From Escherichia phage 4MG: a stretch of 64,000 bases of DNA. The DNA lies in sequence record NC_022968.1. The stretch is one strand, 5' to 3'. Position numbers and translations under genes: made by a program. The notes beneath the pieces are model-generated. The model made no database searches and was not told where the DNA came from. It was given only the letters and a program-made list of their open reading frames with translations. Positions 44,876 through 53,645 of this stretch are shown in pieces. Numbering within the stretch: position 1 is the stretch's first letter; each line of letters begins with the position of its first letter.

Positions 44876-46179
44876 TGTCAATTAGTTTAGACACACCAAC
44901 ACTATACGCCATTAACAAGGACGGATCGTATCAAGTTTGGAATGTAACCACAGAAGGTGATGAGGTTGTCGTTTCTTTCGGTAAGGAAAATGGAAAGATT
45001 CAACAAAAGCGCACCAAGTGTGAAATGAAAAACATTGGTCGTTCCAATGAAACCACCGCTGAGTTCCAGGCCGTCCTGGAGGCCCGGTCTAAGTGGGAGA
45101 AACAGGTCCGTTTAGGTTATCGTGAGACCAAAGAGGAGTTACAGACGGAAGAGAACTTCTCTCCTATGCTGGCACACGATGCGATCAAACGGTCAAAGTC
45201 AATCGTCTATCCTGCGTATATTCAGCCAAAGCTCGATGGTGTTCGTGCTCTTGTGACGCTTGACAAGGACGGCATCCCGGTGTTTAATAGCCGTGGCAAC
45301 AAAACATACCCAGTACAGGGCGCTTTATTGCAGCAAGTTAAAGAACTTGCAGAGCACACAGGGTTTGACAAGTTCGATGGTGAACTGTATATTCATGGTC
45401 TAAGCCTTCAGAAGATTGTTGCTTTGGCTAAGAAGTGGCGCACCCCTGAACAGATTGAAGCTGAGATCGAGAAAGACTATCAGGCTGATATCAAGCGCTG
45501 TAATAAGGCGGTTGCCGATGGTGAGCATCTCTGGAAAGACTTTGATGGTAATGTGTGGGCTGTTTCCACGTATAAACCAGTAAAAGACGTTGACCGCTTC
45601 AGTGGTTATTCCAGTCTTGACCTAGAGTATCACATCTTTGACATTCCTGTGAATGCACAAAGCCCTTGGTACTCTTATGAGCATGATAAGACCAGACATC
45701 AAGATCTGTTGGTGGTTGCCGATGCTGTTGAATGTGAACTTAACGTACCTATGGTGAAAGTTATCCACGGGATCGTGGTATCTTCTGAAAGGGAAGTTAA
45801 ATGGTCCATCGGTAAATACATGGAGCAGGGATTTGAAGGTTCAATCATCCGAAACTTCAAAGGTGTCTACGAATTTGGTCAACGATCCTCTGATCTCCAA
45901 AAATGGAAACAGTTCCAGGATGGTGAGGCAAAAGTTCTTGATTCTGTAGAGGATAAGAACGGTGAGGGTGTCCTGCTCTGTGAAGAAAGAGATGGTACTC
46001 GATTCAACTGCAAAATGAAAGGCACTCACGCAGAGCGTTCTCAGGCGAAGATGCTATTGTTGGTTGGCGATTTCATCAACTTTACATTCCAGTCGCGTAC
46101 TGATGATGGTGTACCTCAGTTCCCGGTGGGGCAGAGTGTACGTGAACTTGATACATTAACATGGGAGCCAGTATACTAA
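44875..46179 (+). CDS. ATP-dependent DNA ligase (434 aa)
   Basis: motif I KLDGVR, motif III DGELY, motif IV EGSIIR. Confidence 0.7.
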   Translation: MSISLDTPTLYAINKDGSYQVWNVTTEGDEVVVSFGKENGKIQQKRTKCEMKNIGRSNETTAEFQAVLEARSKWEKQVRLGYRETKEELQTEENFSPMLAHDAIKRSKSIVYPAYIQPKLDGVRALVTLDKDGIPVFNSRGNKTYPVQGALLQQVKELAEHTGFDKFDGELYIHGLSLQKIVALAKKWRTPEQIEAEIEKDYQADIKRCNKAVADGEHLWKDFDGNVWAVSTYKPVKDVDRFSGYSSLDLEYHIFDIPVNAQSPWYSYEHDKTRHQDLLVVADAVECELNVPMVKVIHGIVVSSEREVKWSIGKYMEQGFEGSIIRNFKGVYEFGQRSSDLQKWKQFQDGEAKVLDSVEDKNGEGVLLCEERDGTRFNCKMKGTHAERSQAKMLLLVGDFINFTFQSRTDDGVPQFPVGQSVRELDTLTWEPVY

Positions 46180-46625
46180 TGGGATTCTATAAACGTAAAC
46201 CTCAGGAAGTTGAAGCACACGTATTCAACGGATCGAGCACAGGGGTTGGTCAGGTGACCAAGTGGATCGAGACCGGGGTCTGGAAAGACGCTGAGATCCA
46301 CACACGGGATATCCGAAATATGGACGTGAATGGCGTTCAGGCGTTTCCTGGTGATTACATAGTAAAAGTGGGTGACCAGTTCACAGCAATGTCCCCACAA
46401 GCGTTCAGCGACCTTTATGAGGCTGTTAGCGATGAAGATCGTCTTCCAGGGGACTACAAAGCAAAGAACGTAGTGATGGGTGACAAAGTTGAGATGTGGG
46501 GTAAAGACTACATCGTAAAAGGTCACAAAATCAGTGGTGACGATATTATCCTCACCCTTGATGACGGATCTAACATTCAGCTTCGCGGCGAAGCAACCGT
46601 GAAGGTAACAGAGGTACGTGCATAA
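46179..46625 (+). CDS. hypothetical protein (148 aa)
   Basis: ORF track 46161..46625, ATG overlapping ligase stop. Confidence 0.4.
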   Translation: MGFYKRKPQEVEAHVFNGSSTGVGQVTKWIETGVWKDAEIHTRDIRNMDVNGVQAFPGDYIVKVGDQFTAMSPQAFSDLYEAVSDEDRLPGDYKAKNVVMGDKVEMWGKDYIVKGHKISGDDIILTLDDGSNIQLRGEATVKVTEVRA

Positions 46626-46996
46626 TGATCTGGTACTGGCTGGCGCTCTTAGGCGCAACACTGGTCACAGGGGGCGGTATTTATACCGCTTTCCGTTTCC
46701 GGAAAGACAAGCTCGATGACTTTATCGACTGGATTCAGGGTAAAGTAAAACGACTGCTGTTGATTTGGGCTGTGGTGTTGGGCCTGGTAACGCTGGCCCT
46801 TACCAAACCGTTGTGGAACACCATGACCTGTCAGTTCGACGGCATGGCCTACAAGGTGAATACGTCTTATTCTTGGTATAAGAATGGGACATATGGCGAC
46901 AAATGCCTGTTCGTTGCTAAGAACGGTGCTCTTTTGCCATTACGAATTATCCGTGACCAACCGGAAGGTGATCACGCAACAGATGTAATTAATTAA
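46625..46996 (+). CDS. membrane protein (123 aa)
   Basis: two N-terminal TM helices. Confidence 0.4.
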   Translation: MIWYWLALLGATLVTGGGIYTAFRFRKDKLDDFIDWIQGKVKRLLLIWAVVLGLVTLALTKPLWNTMTCQFDGMAYKVNTSYSWYKNGTYGDKCLFVAKNGALLPLRIIRDQPEGDHATDVIN

Positions 46997-47005
46997 GGAG
47001 AATCA

Positions 47006-47695
47006 ATGAGTAAGGTTTACGAAACACTTTTAGCGATGACAAAACCAACAGATCTGTACGCATATGCGGAGCATGTTATCGAATGGAACCATGTTGCATA
47101 TCGTGCTCGCAATAATGTGGCAACACCATTCGATCTGCAATGGGGCTTTATTCGTGAAGAATTCAACGAACTCGTTGACGCACTCCGTGTTGGTGACCGT
47201 ATCGAAACTGTTGACGCTGCCTGTGATCTCTTTGTTGTAGCTTCATACGCTTGCCAGTTGAAGAGTCCTGAGTATCTTCGTGAAGCCTGTATTCCTTCAC
47301 CGACACTGACGTTCACTATTGGCGATCTTGAGCACAACCTGTATGGCAATATGCGAGACCCGGTTTATGTTCTTAAGCTGGTAACTGCATTATGTTATCG
47401 CCTTGATATTAATCTTGACTACAATATGCGACAGGTGTTACATTCAAACGATACCAAATACCCATATGTGCAAGATATCCTTGCCTTGTGGCCTGGTAAG
47501 GCGAAAGCCGAAGCTTTACGTCAAGAATGTAAGGCAATCGAAGATCGTTCCAATGGTCGTTATGAGGGTGTTGGTTTCCGCGAGGTAATTGATATCCGCA
47601 ACCCGGATGTTAAAGGTTCACGCCTTGTCTTCTTCGATAGAAACGGAAAAATCATGAAGCCAAGCACTTTCGAAAGTCCGAAAATTATTGCTTGA
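47006..47695 (+). CDS. hypothetical protein, possible MazG-like NTP pyrophosphohydrolase (229 aa)
   Basis: segment IREEFNELVDALRVGDRIETVDAACDL resembles EExxE...D motif; weak. Confidence 0.35.
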   Translation: MSKVYETLLAMTKPTDLYAYAEHVIEWNHVAYRARNNVATPFDLQWGFIREEFNELVDALRVGDRIETVDAACDLFVVASYACQLKSPEYLREACIPSPTLTFTIGDLEHNLYGNMRDPVYVLKLVTALCYRLDINLDYNMRQVLHSNDTKYPYVQDILALWPGKAKAEALRQECKAIEDRSNGRYEGVGFREVIDIRNPDVKGSRLVFFDRNGKIMKPSTFESPKIIA

Positions 47696-47719
47696 CAATG
47701 GATAAGGGGTCTGTATAAT
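47692..47719 (+). promoter_or_regulatory. consensus sigma70 promoter (TTGACA, 16 nt spacer, TATAAT)
   Basis: -35 47692..47697, -10 47714..47719; upstream of RBS GAGGAGAA and gene 47750. Confidence 0.65.
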
Positions 47720-47749
47720 GGCCCCTATCAAGACAGAGAGGAGAAAGCA

Positions 47750-47971
47750 GTGGAAGAAATTATTGATTACCCAGAGATTATTGCGTTAGCTAATCGCCTC
47801 GGCATTACTATCGTCAGTCGTGGTCCAAATACACGTTATCTGATCCGCTTCACCATGAAACGTCGCTGGGGTGGCGCTAAGAAGTACGCTTACGAATGTA
47901 CGCTTGGCACACTGACAGCGTATGTTGACCAGATTGAGCGCTCTGGTGGAAAGATTGTCGGCATTGATTAA
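47750..47971 (+). CDS. hypothetical protein (73 aa)
   Basis: ORF track; GTG start with RBS. Confidence 0.4.
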   Translation: MEEIIDYPEIIALANRLGITIVSRGPNTRYLIRFTMKRRWGGAKKYAYECTLGTLTAYVDQIERSGGKIVGID

Positions 47972-47977
47972 AAGTGT

Positions 47978-48005
47978 TTGACAAAAAGAATTAAAAAGCT
48001 ATACT
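47978..48005 (+). promoter_or_regulatory. sigma70-like promoter (TTGACA, 16 nt spacer, TATACT)
   Basis: -35 47978..47983, -10 48000..48005; upstream of RBS AGAGGAGA and ATG 48039. Confidence 0.6.
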
Positions 48006-48038
48006 GAACAGACTAAATAAACAGAGGAGAAACAAAAC

Positions 48039-48401
48039 ATGGCACGTACCGCAAAAATCAAAGTAGCACTGATCACCTCCCTGCCTTCTGACCCGGCATC
48101 CCGCGAGCGTCTGAAGTCAACCGTTAACGAAATCGTTGATCTACAGCGTCAAATCGCTGACCTGAAAGACCAGATCAAGGACATTCGTGCTGTGGAAAAA
48201 GAAAACCACAACATCTCTCCTAAGTTCCTGAATTCTCTGGTAAAACGTGAGTACGATGTGCGTTATGAAGCAGAGAAGAAGACTGCTGCACTCGATGCAG
48301 AGCAAGAGATCTTCACCGAAGCGGATATCCTGTTCGGTCGCGGCAAGCCTGCAAATGTCGCACAAACCGAAGAAGATGACGGTGCTGAGGACGCTGAATA
48401 A
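48039..48401 (+). CDS. hypothetical acidic protein (120 aa)
   Basis: ORF track. Confidence 0.4.
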   Translation: MARTAKIKVALITSLPSDPASRERLKSTVNEIVDLQRQIADLKDQIKDIRAVEKENHNISPKFLNSLVKREYDVRYEAEKKTAALDAEQEIFTEADILFGRGKPANVAQTEEDDGAEDAE

Positions 48402-48592
48402 TGAAACACTACCTTAACGCTGTTGGTATCTTCCTGTTTATCTGCATCACCTTTGGCGTCGGTGTTCCGACGCTGGTGTCAGCGAAAGATACCCTGATGC
48501 TGTGTGCTGGTTTTGCATGGATCATCGCAACACCTGCAATCGTGTGGTATTGGGCGAGAAAAGCGTTCTTCCCTAAAAAATCGGAGGCGTAA
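48401..48592 (+). CDS. small membrane protein (63 aa)
   Basis: two hydrophobic segments. Confidence 0.4.
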   Translation: MKHYLNAVGIFLFICITFGVGVPTLVSAKDTLMLCAGFAWIIATPAIVWYWARKAFFPKKSEA

Positions 48593-48756
48593 TGTTACTA
48601 AACCTGAAAGCGTCTACCTGGGAAAAGTTGCAGCACTTAGCGCGAGTTAAGAATAAGTCTGCTGCTGCCCTTGTAGCAAAAATTGTTGACGAACATGTTG
48701 ACGAGAAAGTAAAAACTACCTATAAAATTGAAGAGGAGAACCAAACCAATGCTTAA
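48592..48756 (+). CDS. small ribbon-helix-helix-like DNA-binding protein (54 aa)
   Basis: ATG 48592 after RBS GGAGG; LNLKASTWEKLQHLAR..SAAALVAKIV pattern; hand-translated. Confidence 0.35.
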   Translation: MLLNLKASTWEKLQHLARVKNKSAAALVAKIVDEHVDEKVKTTYKIEEENQTNA

Positions 48757-49639
48757 GAATATCAAACGTGTGATTTTTGCTGGCCTGATCGCTCTGGGTG
48801 CCGTTGGCCTGACTGGTTGTGAACGTGCAACTGTCCCGGCAGGTTATGTGGGTGTGAAGGTTGACCTGTATGGCGACGAAAAGGGTGTTCAGCAGCAGGA
48901 AGTGGGTGTTGGTAAATACTGGCTGACCTGGAACGAAGAAATCTATCAGTTCCCTACATTCAACCAGTTAAACAACTACGACCAACCGTTTAACTTCCAG
49001 ACCAAGGATTCTATGACGGTCTCTGCGAAGGTTGGTGTTGAGTATTACGTTGACCGCTCCAAGGTCACCAAGATCTTCCAGACCTACCGTAAAGGTGTTC
49101 AGGAAATCACTGATGTCAACATTCGTCAGAACATCTCTGATGCACTGATCAAAGAAGCGGGTACGATGGATATCGGTACGCTGGCTGGCGATGGTAAATC
49201 TCAGCTTCTGGATCGTGTGACGAAGACCCTGAAAGCGAAGCTTGACCCGATTGGTATCGTGATCGTGAAACTGTCTTACACTGATGATCTGCGTTATCCA
49301 CCACAGGTAACCGCATCCATCAACGCGAAGATCGAAGCGACTCAGAAAGCGCTGCTGCGTGAAAACGAAATCCAGCAGACCAAAGCTGAAGCTCAGAAAC
49401 AGATCGAAGCCGCTCGCGGTGAAGCTGAATCTAAGCGACTGCAAGCTCAGGGTGAGGCAGATGCTAAAGTAGCACTGGCAAAAGGTGAAGCAGAATCCAT
49501 CCAACTGCGTGGTGATTCTCTCCGCAAAAACCCAGAAATTATGCAACTGGAAGCGATCAACAAGTGGAACGGTGTGACCCCGGTCTATATGACCAGCGGT
49601 TCTCAGACCCCATTCGTTACCCTGCCAGCAGGTAAATAA
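48749..49639 (+). CDS. SPFH/band-7 domain lipoprotein (296 aa)
   Basis: signal peptide with lipobox LTGC, then SPFH-like core and C-terminal coiled coil; start within ORF 48728..49639. Confidence 0.55.
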   Translation: MLKNIKRVIFAGLIALGAVGLTGCERATVPAGYVGVKVDLYGDEKGVQQQEVGVGKYWLTWNEEIYQFPTFNQLNNYDQPFNFQTKDSMTVSAKVGVEYYVDRSKVTKIFQTYRKGVQEITDVNIRQNISDALIKEAGTMDIGTLAGDGKSQLLDRVTKTLKAKLDPIGIVIVKLSYTDDLRYPPQVTASINAKIEATQKALLRENEIQQTKAEAQKQIEAARGEAESKRLQAQGEADAKVALAKGEAESIQLRGDSLRKNPEIMQLEAINKWNGVTPVYMTSGSQTPFVTLPAGK

Positions 49640-49642
49640 GAG

Positions 49643-49675
49643 TTGACAAAAGGCCCGGTGATAGATTATCATCGG
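49643..49675 (+). promoter_or_regulatory. TTGACA box overlapping near-perfect inverted repeat CCCGGTGATA...TATCATCGGG
   Basis: intergenic between 49639 and 49703; possible promoter/operator. Confidence 0.35.
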
Positions 49676-49702
49676 GTCTCAACTTAACAAAGGAGATACA
49701 AA

Positions 49703-49897
49703 ATGATCCGCACAACAATTCTTTTAGCAGTAGCTCTGCTCTCTTCTCCGGCGTTCGCCACAGTTAATACACTCTCTTTGGTAGATGAATACACCGATGG
49801 GAGTTCTAAAGTATGCATCTACAGCGACGGTAACCGTACCGAAAGCGTTGTGAAAGAAGGTGCTGGCTCATGTCCGTCTAAAAAGACGTTCCACTAA
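49703..49897 (+). CDS. small secreted protein (64 aa)
   Basis: N-terminal signal peptide MIRTTILLAVALLSSPAFA. Confidence 0.4.
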   Translation: MIRTTILLAVALLSSPAFATVNTLSLVDEYTDGSSKVCIYSDGNRTESVVKEGAGSCPSKKTFH

Positions 49898-49908
49898 GAG
49901 GATGAACC

Positions 49909-50415
49909 ATGAGAGTAACTGATCAGCATGTTTTCTTCTTCACTTATCGTGATATGTTCAGCAACCACTTTCGACAGATAATTCCTATTCGTTGTGGTGG
50001 CTATGAGTTCTTCACGGTGGAGCACTTTATGATGTTCCAAAAAGCAATGCTCTTTGATGACAAAGAGATTGCTGCACGTATTGCCACAGTTGATAATCCA
50101 AACGAGGCAAAAGCGCTGGGTCGTAAAGTCAGGGACTTTGACAACAGTGTTTGGGAAGAAAACAGAATGGACATTGTAACAAACGGTCTTGTTCTGAAAA
50201 TGAAGGCTAACCGCTCTATTCTGGAGTCTGCACTGACTCACAGAGATGCTGGGCGGCGATTTGTAGAGGCATCCCCGTATGATGCAATCTGGGGTGTAAA
50301 ACTGAATGAATATGATCCACGCATTGATGATCCTGCTAACTGGCAAGGTCTTAATCTTCTCGGTGAGTGCTGGGAAAGAGCAATTGATGTTGTGATCGCA
50401 GCTTCGTGGAGGTGA
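49909..50415 (+). CDS. NADAR-domain protein (YbiA-like, DUF1768) (168 aa)
   Basis: N-terminal FFFTYRDMFSNHF, EHFMMFQKAML, later WGVKLNEY block characteristic of YbiA/NADAR family by recall. Confidence 0.6.
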   Translation: MRVTDQHVFFFTYRDMFSNHFRQIIPIRCGGYEFFTVEHFMMFQKAMLFDDKEIAARIATVDNPNEAKALGRKVRDFDNSVWEENRMDIVTNGLVLKMKANRSILESALTHRDAGRRFVEASPYDAIWGVKLNEYDPRIDDPANWQGLNLLGECWERAIDVVIAASWR

Positions 50416-50416
50416 G

Positions 50417-50854
50417 TTGAAATTAGAGATTGAACTTGTTCCAAAAACAGCTTGGTTTACTAACTTACGCTCTCACCTCACTAAATCCCAATGGGATGTC
50501 GTAAGAAAGAAATGCTATGCCAAAGCCAATTACAGATGTGAGATTTGTGGTGGTAAAGGGAATAAGCACCCTGTTGAGTGTCACGAAATCTGGGACTTTG
50601 GTAATGGTAAGATCACGCTGAAAGGTCTTATCGCGCTCTGCCCGTCATGTCACGAAGTAAAACATATCGGCCTTGCTGGTATTCGTGGAAGAGGAGAGAT
50701 TGCCCTTCGTCACTTCATGAGGGTCAACAATGTCTCCCGACAGGTTGCAGAGAAATACGTGAGCGAGGCATTTGCCTTGTATCATGAACGGAGTAAGCGA
50801 GAGAAATGGGAACTGGATGTCCGGTATTTGGACGAGTATTTGAGTAACGATTGA
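50417..50854 (+). CDS. HNH-like zinc-finger nuclease (145 aa)
   Basis: TTG start after RBS GGAGG; CEICGG...ECHEIWDF...CPSCHEVKH. Confidence 0.45.
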   Translation: MKLEIELVPKTAWFTNLRSHLTKSQWDVVRKKCYAKANYRCEICGGKGNKHPVECHEIWDFGNGKITLKGLIALCPSCHEVKHIGLAGIRGRGEIALRHFMRVNNVSRQVAEKYVSEAFALYHERSKREKWELDVRYLDEYLSND

Positions 50855-50862
50855 GAGGGCTA

Positions 50863-51984
50863 GTGGGATATCCGTATGATAAAGATTGGAAAAATAAAGT
50901 CACGAATGACTGTGTGATCGCTTTAGACCTTGACCAGACTTGCTTTGTGTCTGCTGCTGGCGCTGAGAAGCGCACAATTAAGGCAACACACATCGCCTCT
51001 GGCAGGGAAAAGATCTTCAAAAACAGAACAGAATTCTGGGGTTCCACCAAAAGGGTGGTGGGCGGTTGGCTAAAAGACCAAAACGCCAATATGGAAATTA
51101 AGGCAAAATCCGAGGGTCGTGAATTCACACCTTGGGGACGCGATGACTTCCTGATTGAGGATATTCAGACTCCGGAACCTGTTGAAAACTGTCTGCACAT
51201 CCTGAAAACAAAGATCAACGCGATCTTTGAGCACTTAGAGATGGACAGCCAGTATGGTATGGGCGTGTTGGGTGGGGAAAATAACTTCCGTCTACTACTG
51301 CCTGCACCAGAACGCTATAAGGGTAACCGTGAGGACACCCTACGTCCTAAACTGTTACAGGAAACGCGTGATTACGTCAAGAAGAAGTACAAGGCAAAGG
51401 TAATTGACGGAGTAGAGGCAGATGATTATCTTTCTGTCCTGATGAATACCGGGTGGGAGTTCTACCAGGCGACTGGCAAGTTCAACTACATGGTTGCATC
51501 CTTCGACAAAGACCAGAAAGGAACGCCGGGGCTTCTGTTCGACACCATGCGGGACAGTGAAGAGAGATCATGGAAACATCCTATCCCTATGGTCATTGAT
51601 GACTCTATGGGTGAGATTTGGATGGAAGGTAATAAGGTTAAGGGTTGGGGACGTAAGTTCTTCGGCTACCAGATGCTCTGTGGCGATAGCTCAGATAACA
51701 TCAAGCCTTATCAGTGCTTTGACATCTCCGGACGATTTGGTGATACCGCCGCATTCAACCTAATCGGTCATTTACAGACTGAAAAGGATATGTGGACAGC
51801 TATTGTTGACCAGTATAAGACCTGGTTCCCTCAGGGTGTGGAGTTTACATCGTGGGATGGAACACAGCGTAAAATGAGTGCTGGTCAGTGGGCTTCGATC
51901 ATCTTCCAGATGGTATACATGAAGCGCACAGCCAACGATCCAACAACTCTGGCAACAGAACTGCGTCGTGTGGGGGTTTTATGA
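50863..51984 (+). CDS. 5'-3' exonuclease / flap endonuclease (FEN family)
   Basis: motifs YKGNR, GVEADDYLSV, GDSSDNIKP; start codon uncertain (GTG 50863 or TTG 50851). Confidence 0.6.
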   Translation: MGYPYDKDWKNKVTNDCVIALDLDQTCFVSAAGAEKRTIKATHIASGREKIFKNRTEFWGSTKRVVGGWLKDQNANMEIKAKSEGREFTPWGRDDFLIEDIQTPEPVENCLHILKTKINAIFEHLEMDSQYGMGVLGGENNFRLLLPAPERYKGNREDTLRPKLLQETRDYVKKKYKAKVIDGVEADDYLSVLMNTGWEFYQATGKFNYMVASFDKDQKGTPGLLFDTMRDSEERSWKHPIPMVIDDSMGEIWMEGNKVKGWGRKFFGYQMLCGDSSDNIKPYQCFDISGRFGDTAAFNLIGHLQTEKDMWTAIVDQYKTWFPQGVEFTSWDGTQRKMSAGQWASIIFQMVYMKRTANDPTTLATELRRVGVL

Positions 51985-52286
51985 TTGATGGGATGATCAT
52001 GGAAGCAGTAATGAGGGACTCCAAGGCCCTCGCTGTTTCTTCTCTGAAGCCTAAGTTCATAGTTGGAACAGGTATTTGGCGTATGCTTGAGACAGACCAC
52101 GGTGACTACGTGGTCTTCACAGATGACTTTATTGACCCGGATAAGGCCTTCACGGTACTTCTTCTTGAAGATTGTGAGCTTGTTGAAGGTGAGAAGTTGC
52201 TGTTGTTGACAAGCGTTGCCTATGGAGACCTTGAATGCTCCCTTGTTCTTTTCCGTGAAAATGCTGTGGATGGGAATGATGAGTGA
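51981..52286 (+). CDS. hypothetical protein (101 aa)
   Basis: ATG 51981 overlapping upstream stop. Confidence 0.4.
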   Translation: MIDGMIMEAVMRDSKALAVSSLKPKFIVGTGIWRMLETDHGDYVVFTDDFIDPDKAFTVLLLEDCELVEGEKLLLLTSVAYGDLECSLVLFRENAVDGNDE

Positions 52287-52914
52287 TTTCCCATATGTAC
52301 TGATGTCTGTTGACCAGTCGCTATCCCATTGTGCTGTTGTTATCTGGCGCGATGGGGTGCCAATCTACAGGGAGATGATCAGGACAGGGTCTACAAAGAG
52401 TAAAGGGAAGCAAAGCCCGGATGTCTACTACTTTGACACTGTTTATGAGCAGATAGAGCACATCTGTAAGCGCATAAATGAACTCTGTGAAGAGTATTCA
52501 CCCGATGACTATGTGATGGAAGCACTAAGTCTTGGATCGATTGGTAGCGCAACAAGGGACCTTGCTGGACTGTTTTATTGTATTGCTCTCAGTCTGGATG
52601 ATTGCGGTAATCATTTTATTGAATACTTCAATATCCACACTGTTGCACCAACTTCTGTTAAGTCTTTTGCCCGTAGTCTGCTCCCGGAAGATGAGCAATG
52701 GGAAGTTAAGGAAAAGCTTGACAAAAAGAAGAATAAAATGGTATCATCCAAGTCCAAAGTTAAGATGGACAAAGCCATGATGGTTAAGGCTGTCAATTAC
52801 GACTGCCCTGGCTGGTTGGATGGTGTTACTCTTGCAGCAGGAAAGGCTGACTATGCAGATGCATATTTGATTGGGAAAAAGTTCTTGGAGGACCTATCCG
52901 CAGGAAAAGAGTAA
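52276..52914 (+). CDS. RuvC-like Holliday junction resolvase
   Basis: N-terminal LMSVDQSLSHCAVVIWRDG, central DYVMEAL, C-terminal ADYADAYLIG match RuvC catalytic blocks by recall; start approximate. Confidence 0.5.
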   Translation: MMSDFPYVLMSVDQSLSHCAVVIWRDGVPIYREMIRTGSTKSKGKQSPDVYYFDTVYEQIEHICKRINELCEEYSPDDYVMEALSLGSIGSATRDLAGLFYCIALSLDDCGNHFIEYFNIHTVAPTSVKSFARSLLPEDEQWEVKEKLDKKKNKMVSSKSKVKMDKAMMVKAVNYDCPGWLDGVTLAAGKADYADAYLIGKKFLEDLSAGKE

Positions 52915-52955
52915 AGAGTCCTGCATCTAAACCCAAGGCAAGGAAGAAACCTGTC

Positions 52956-53444
52956 GTGGTGCCATTGACGGCAGAACTTTGGGTTAAGGATGCAAGACAG
53001 ATAGCAGCATTCAGGGAGAAGTTAATTCTGGAACAAGGCGGTCTTGATCCTGTACTTGGTGAGCCACTTCGCAAACCATGTCTCGATCATGATCACTTCG
53101 ACGGAAAGTGTCGAGGAGTCCTTAGCCAGTGTGTGAATACGTTTGAAGGATATGTCCTGAAGGCTTGGATGAAGTACGTTTCTGCTTACACAGAGACCTC
53201 GTTGTCCACAGCGCTTAGAAATCTTGCTGACTACTTGGAACAAGATTTCAGTGGGTATCCTATTCATGCTGGCTACAAGGACGACATGCTGAAGTTTTTG
53301 AGAAGATGTACCAATGAGAAGATCATTGAAAGGGCTGAGTCGGATCTCGGCCTCATCATTCCGAAAGGAACTCAGAAGCATGACAGCATCACACTTTACC
53401 TTACGGAGTTTGTCAGACAGACGGAGGAAAGATTTGCTGAATAA
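52956..53444 (+). CDS. endonuclease VII-like recombination nuclease (162 aa)
   Basis: CLDHDHFDGKCRGVLSQCVN and YLE blocks resemble T4 endonuclease VII by recall; GTG start. Confidence 0.5.
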   Translation: MVPLTAELWVKDARQIAAFREKLILEQGGLDPVLGEPLRKPCLDHDHFDGKCRGVLSQCVNTFEGYVLKAWMKYVSAYTETSLSTALRNLADYLEQDFSGYPIHAGYKDDMLKFLRRCTNEKIIERAESDLGLIIPKGTQKHDSITLYLTEFVRQTEERFAE

Positions 53445-53645
53445 TTTGAGTAAGCCCCTGAAGTTCTATTACAAGAACTGGCGCGGGGAATACGGTTACC
53501 GTACCGTGGTGGACCCGGTGATGTGGTATGGGTCTACAGAGTTTCACAAAAAGCCTCAATGGATGATCAAGGCATATGATGTCGAGAAAGATGCCGTGCG
53601 AGACTTTGCTGTGAATGATATCGTTGAATTTATCCGAGAGGTGTA

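Noticed and set aside
48968-49672. 234 aa minus-strand ORF
   Set aside because: Antisense to the SPFH lipoprotein gene in a uniformly plus-strand block.
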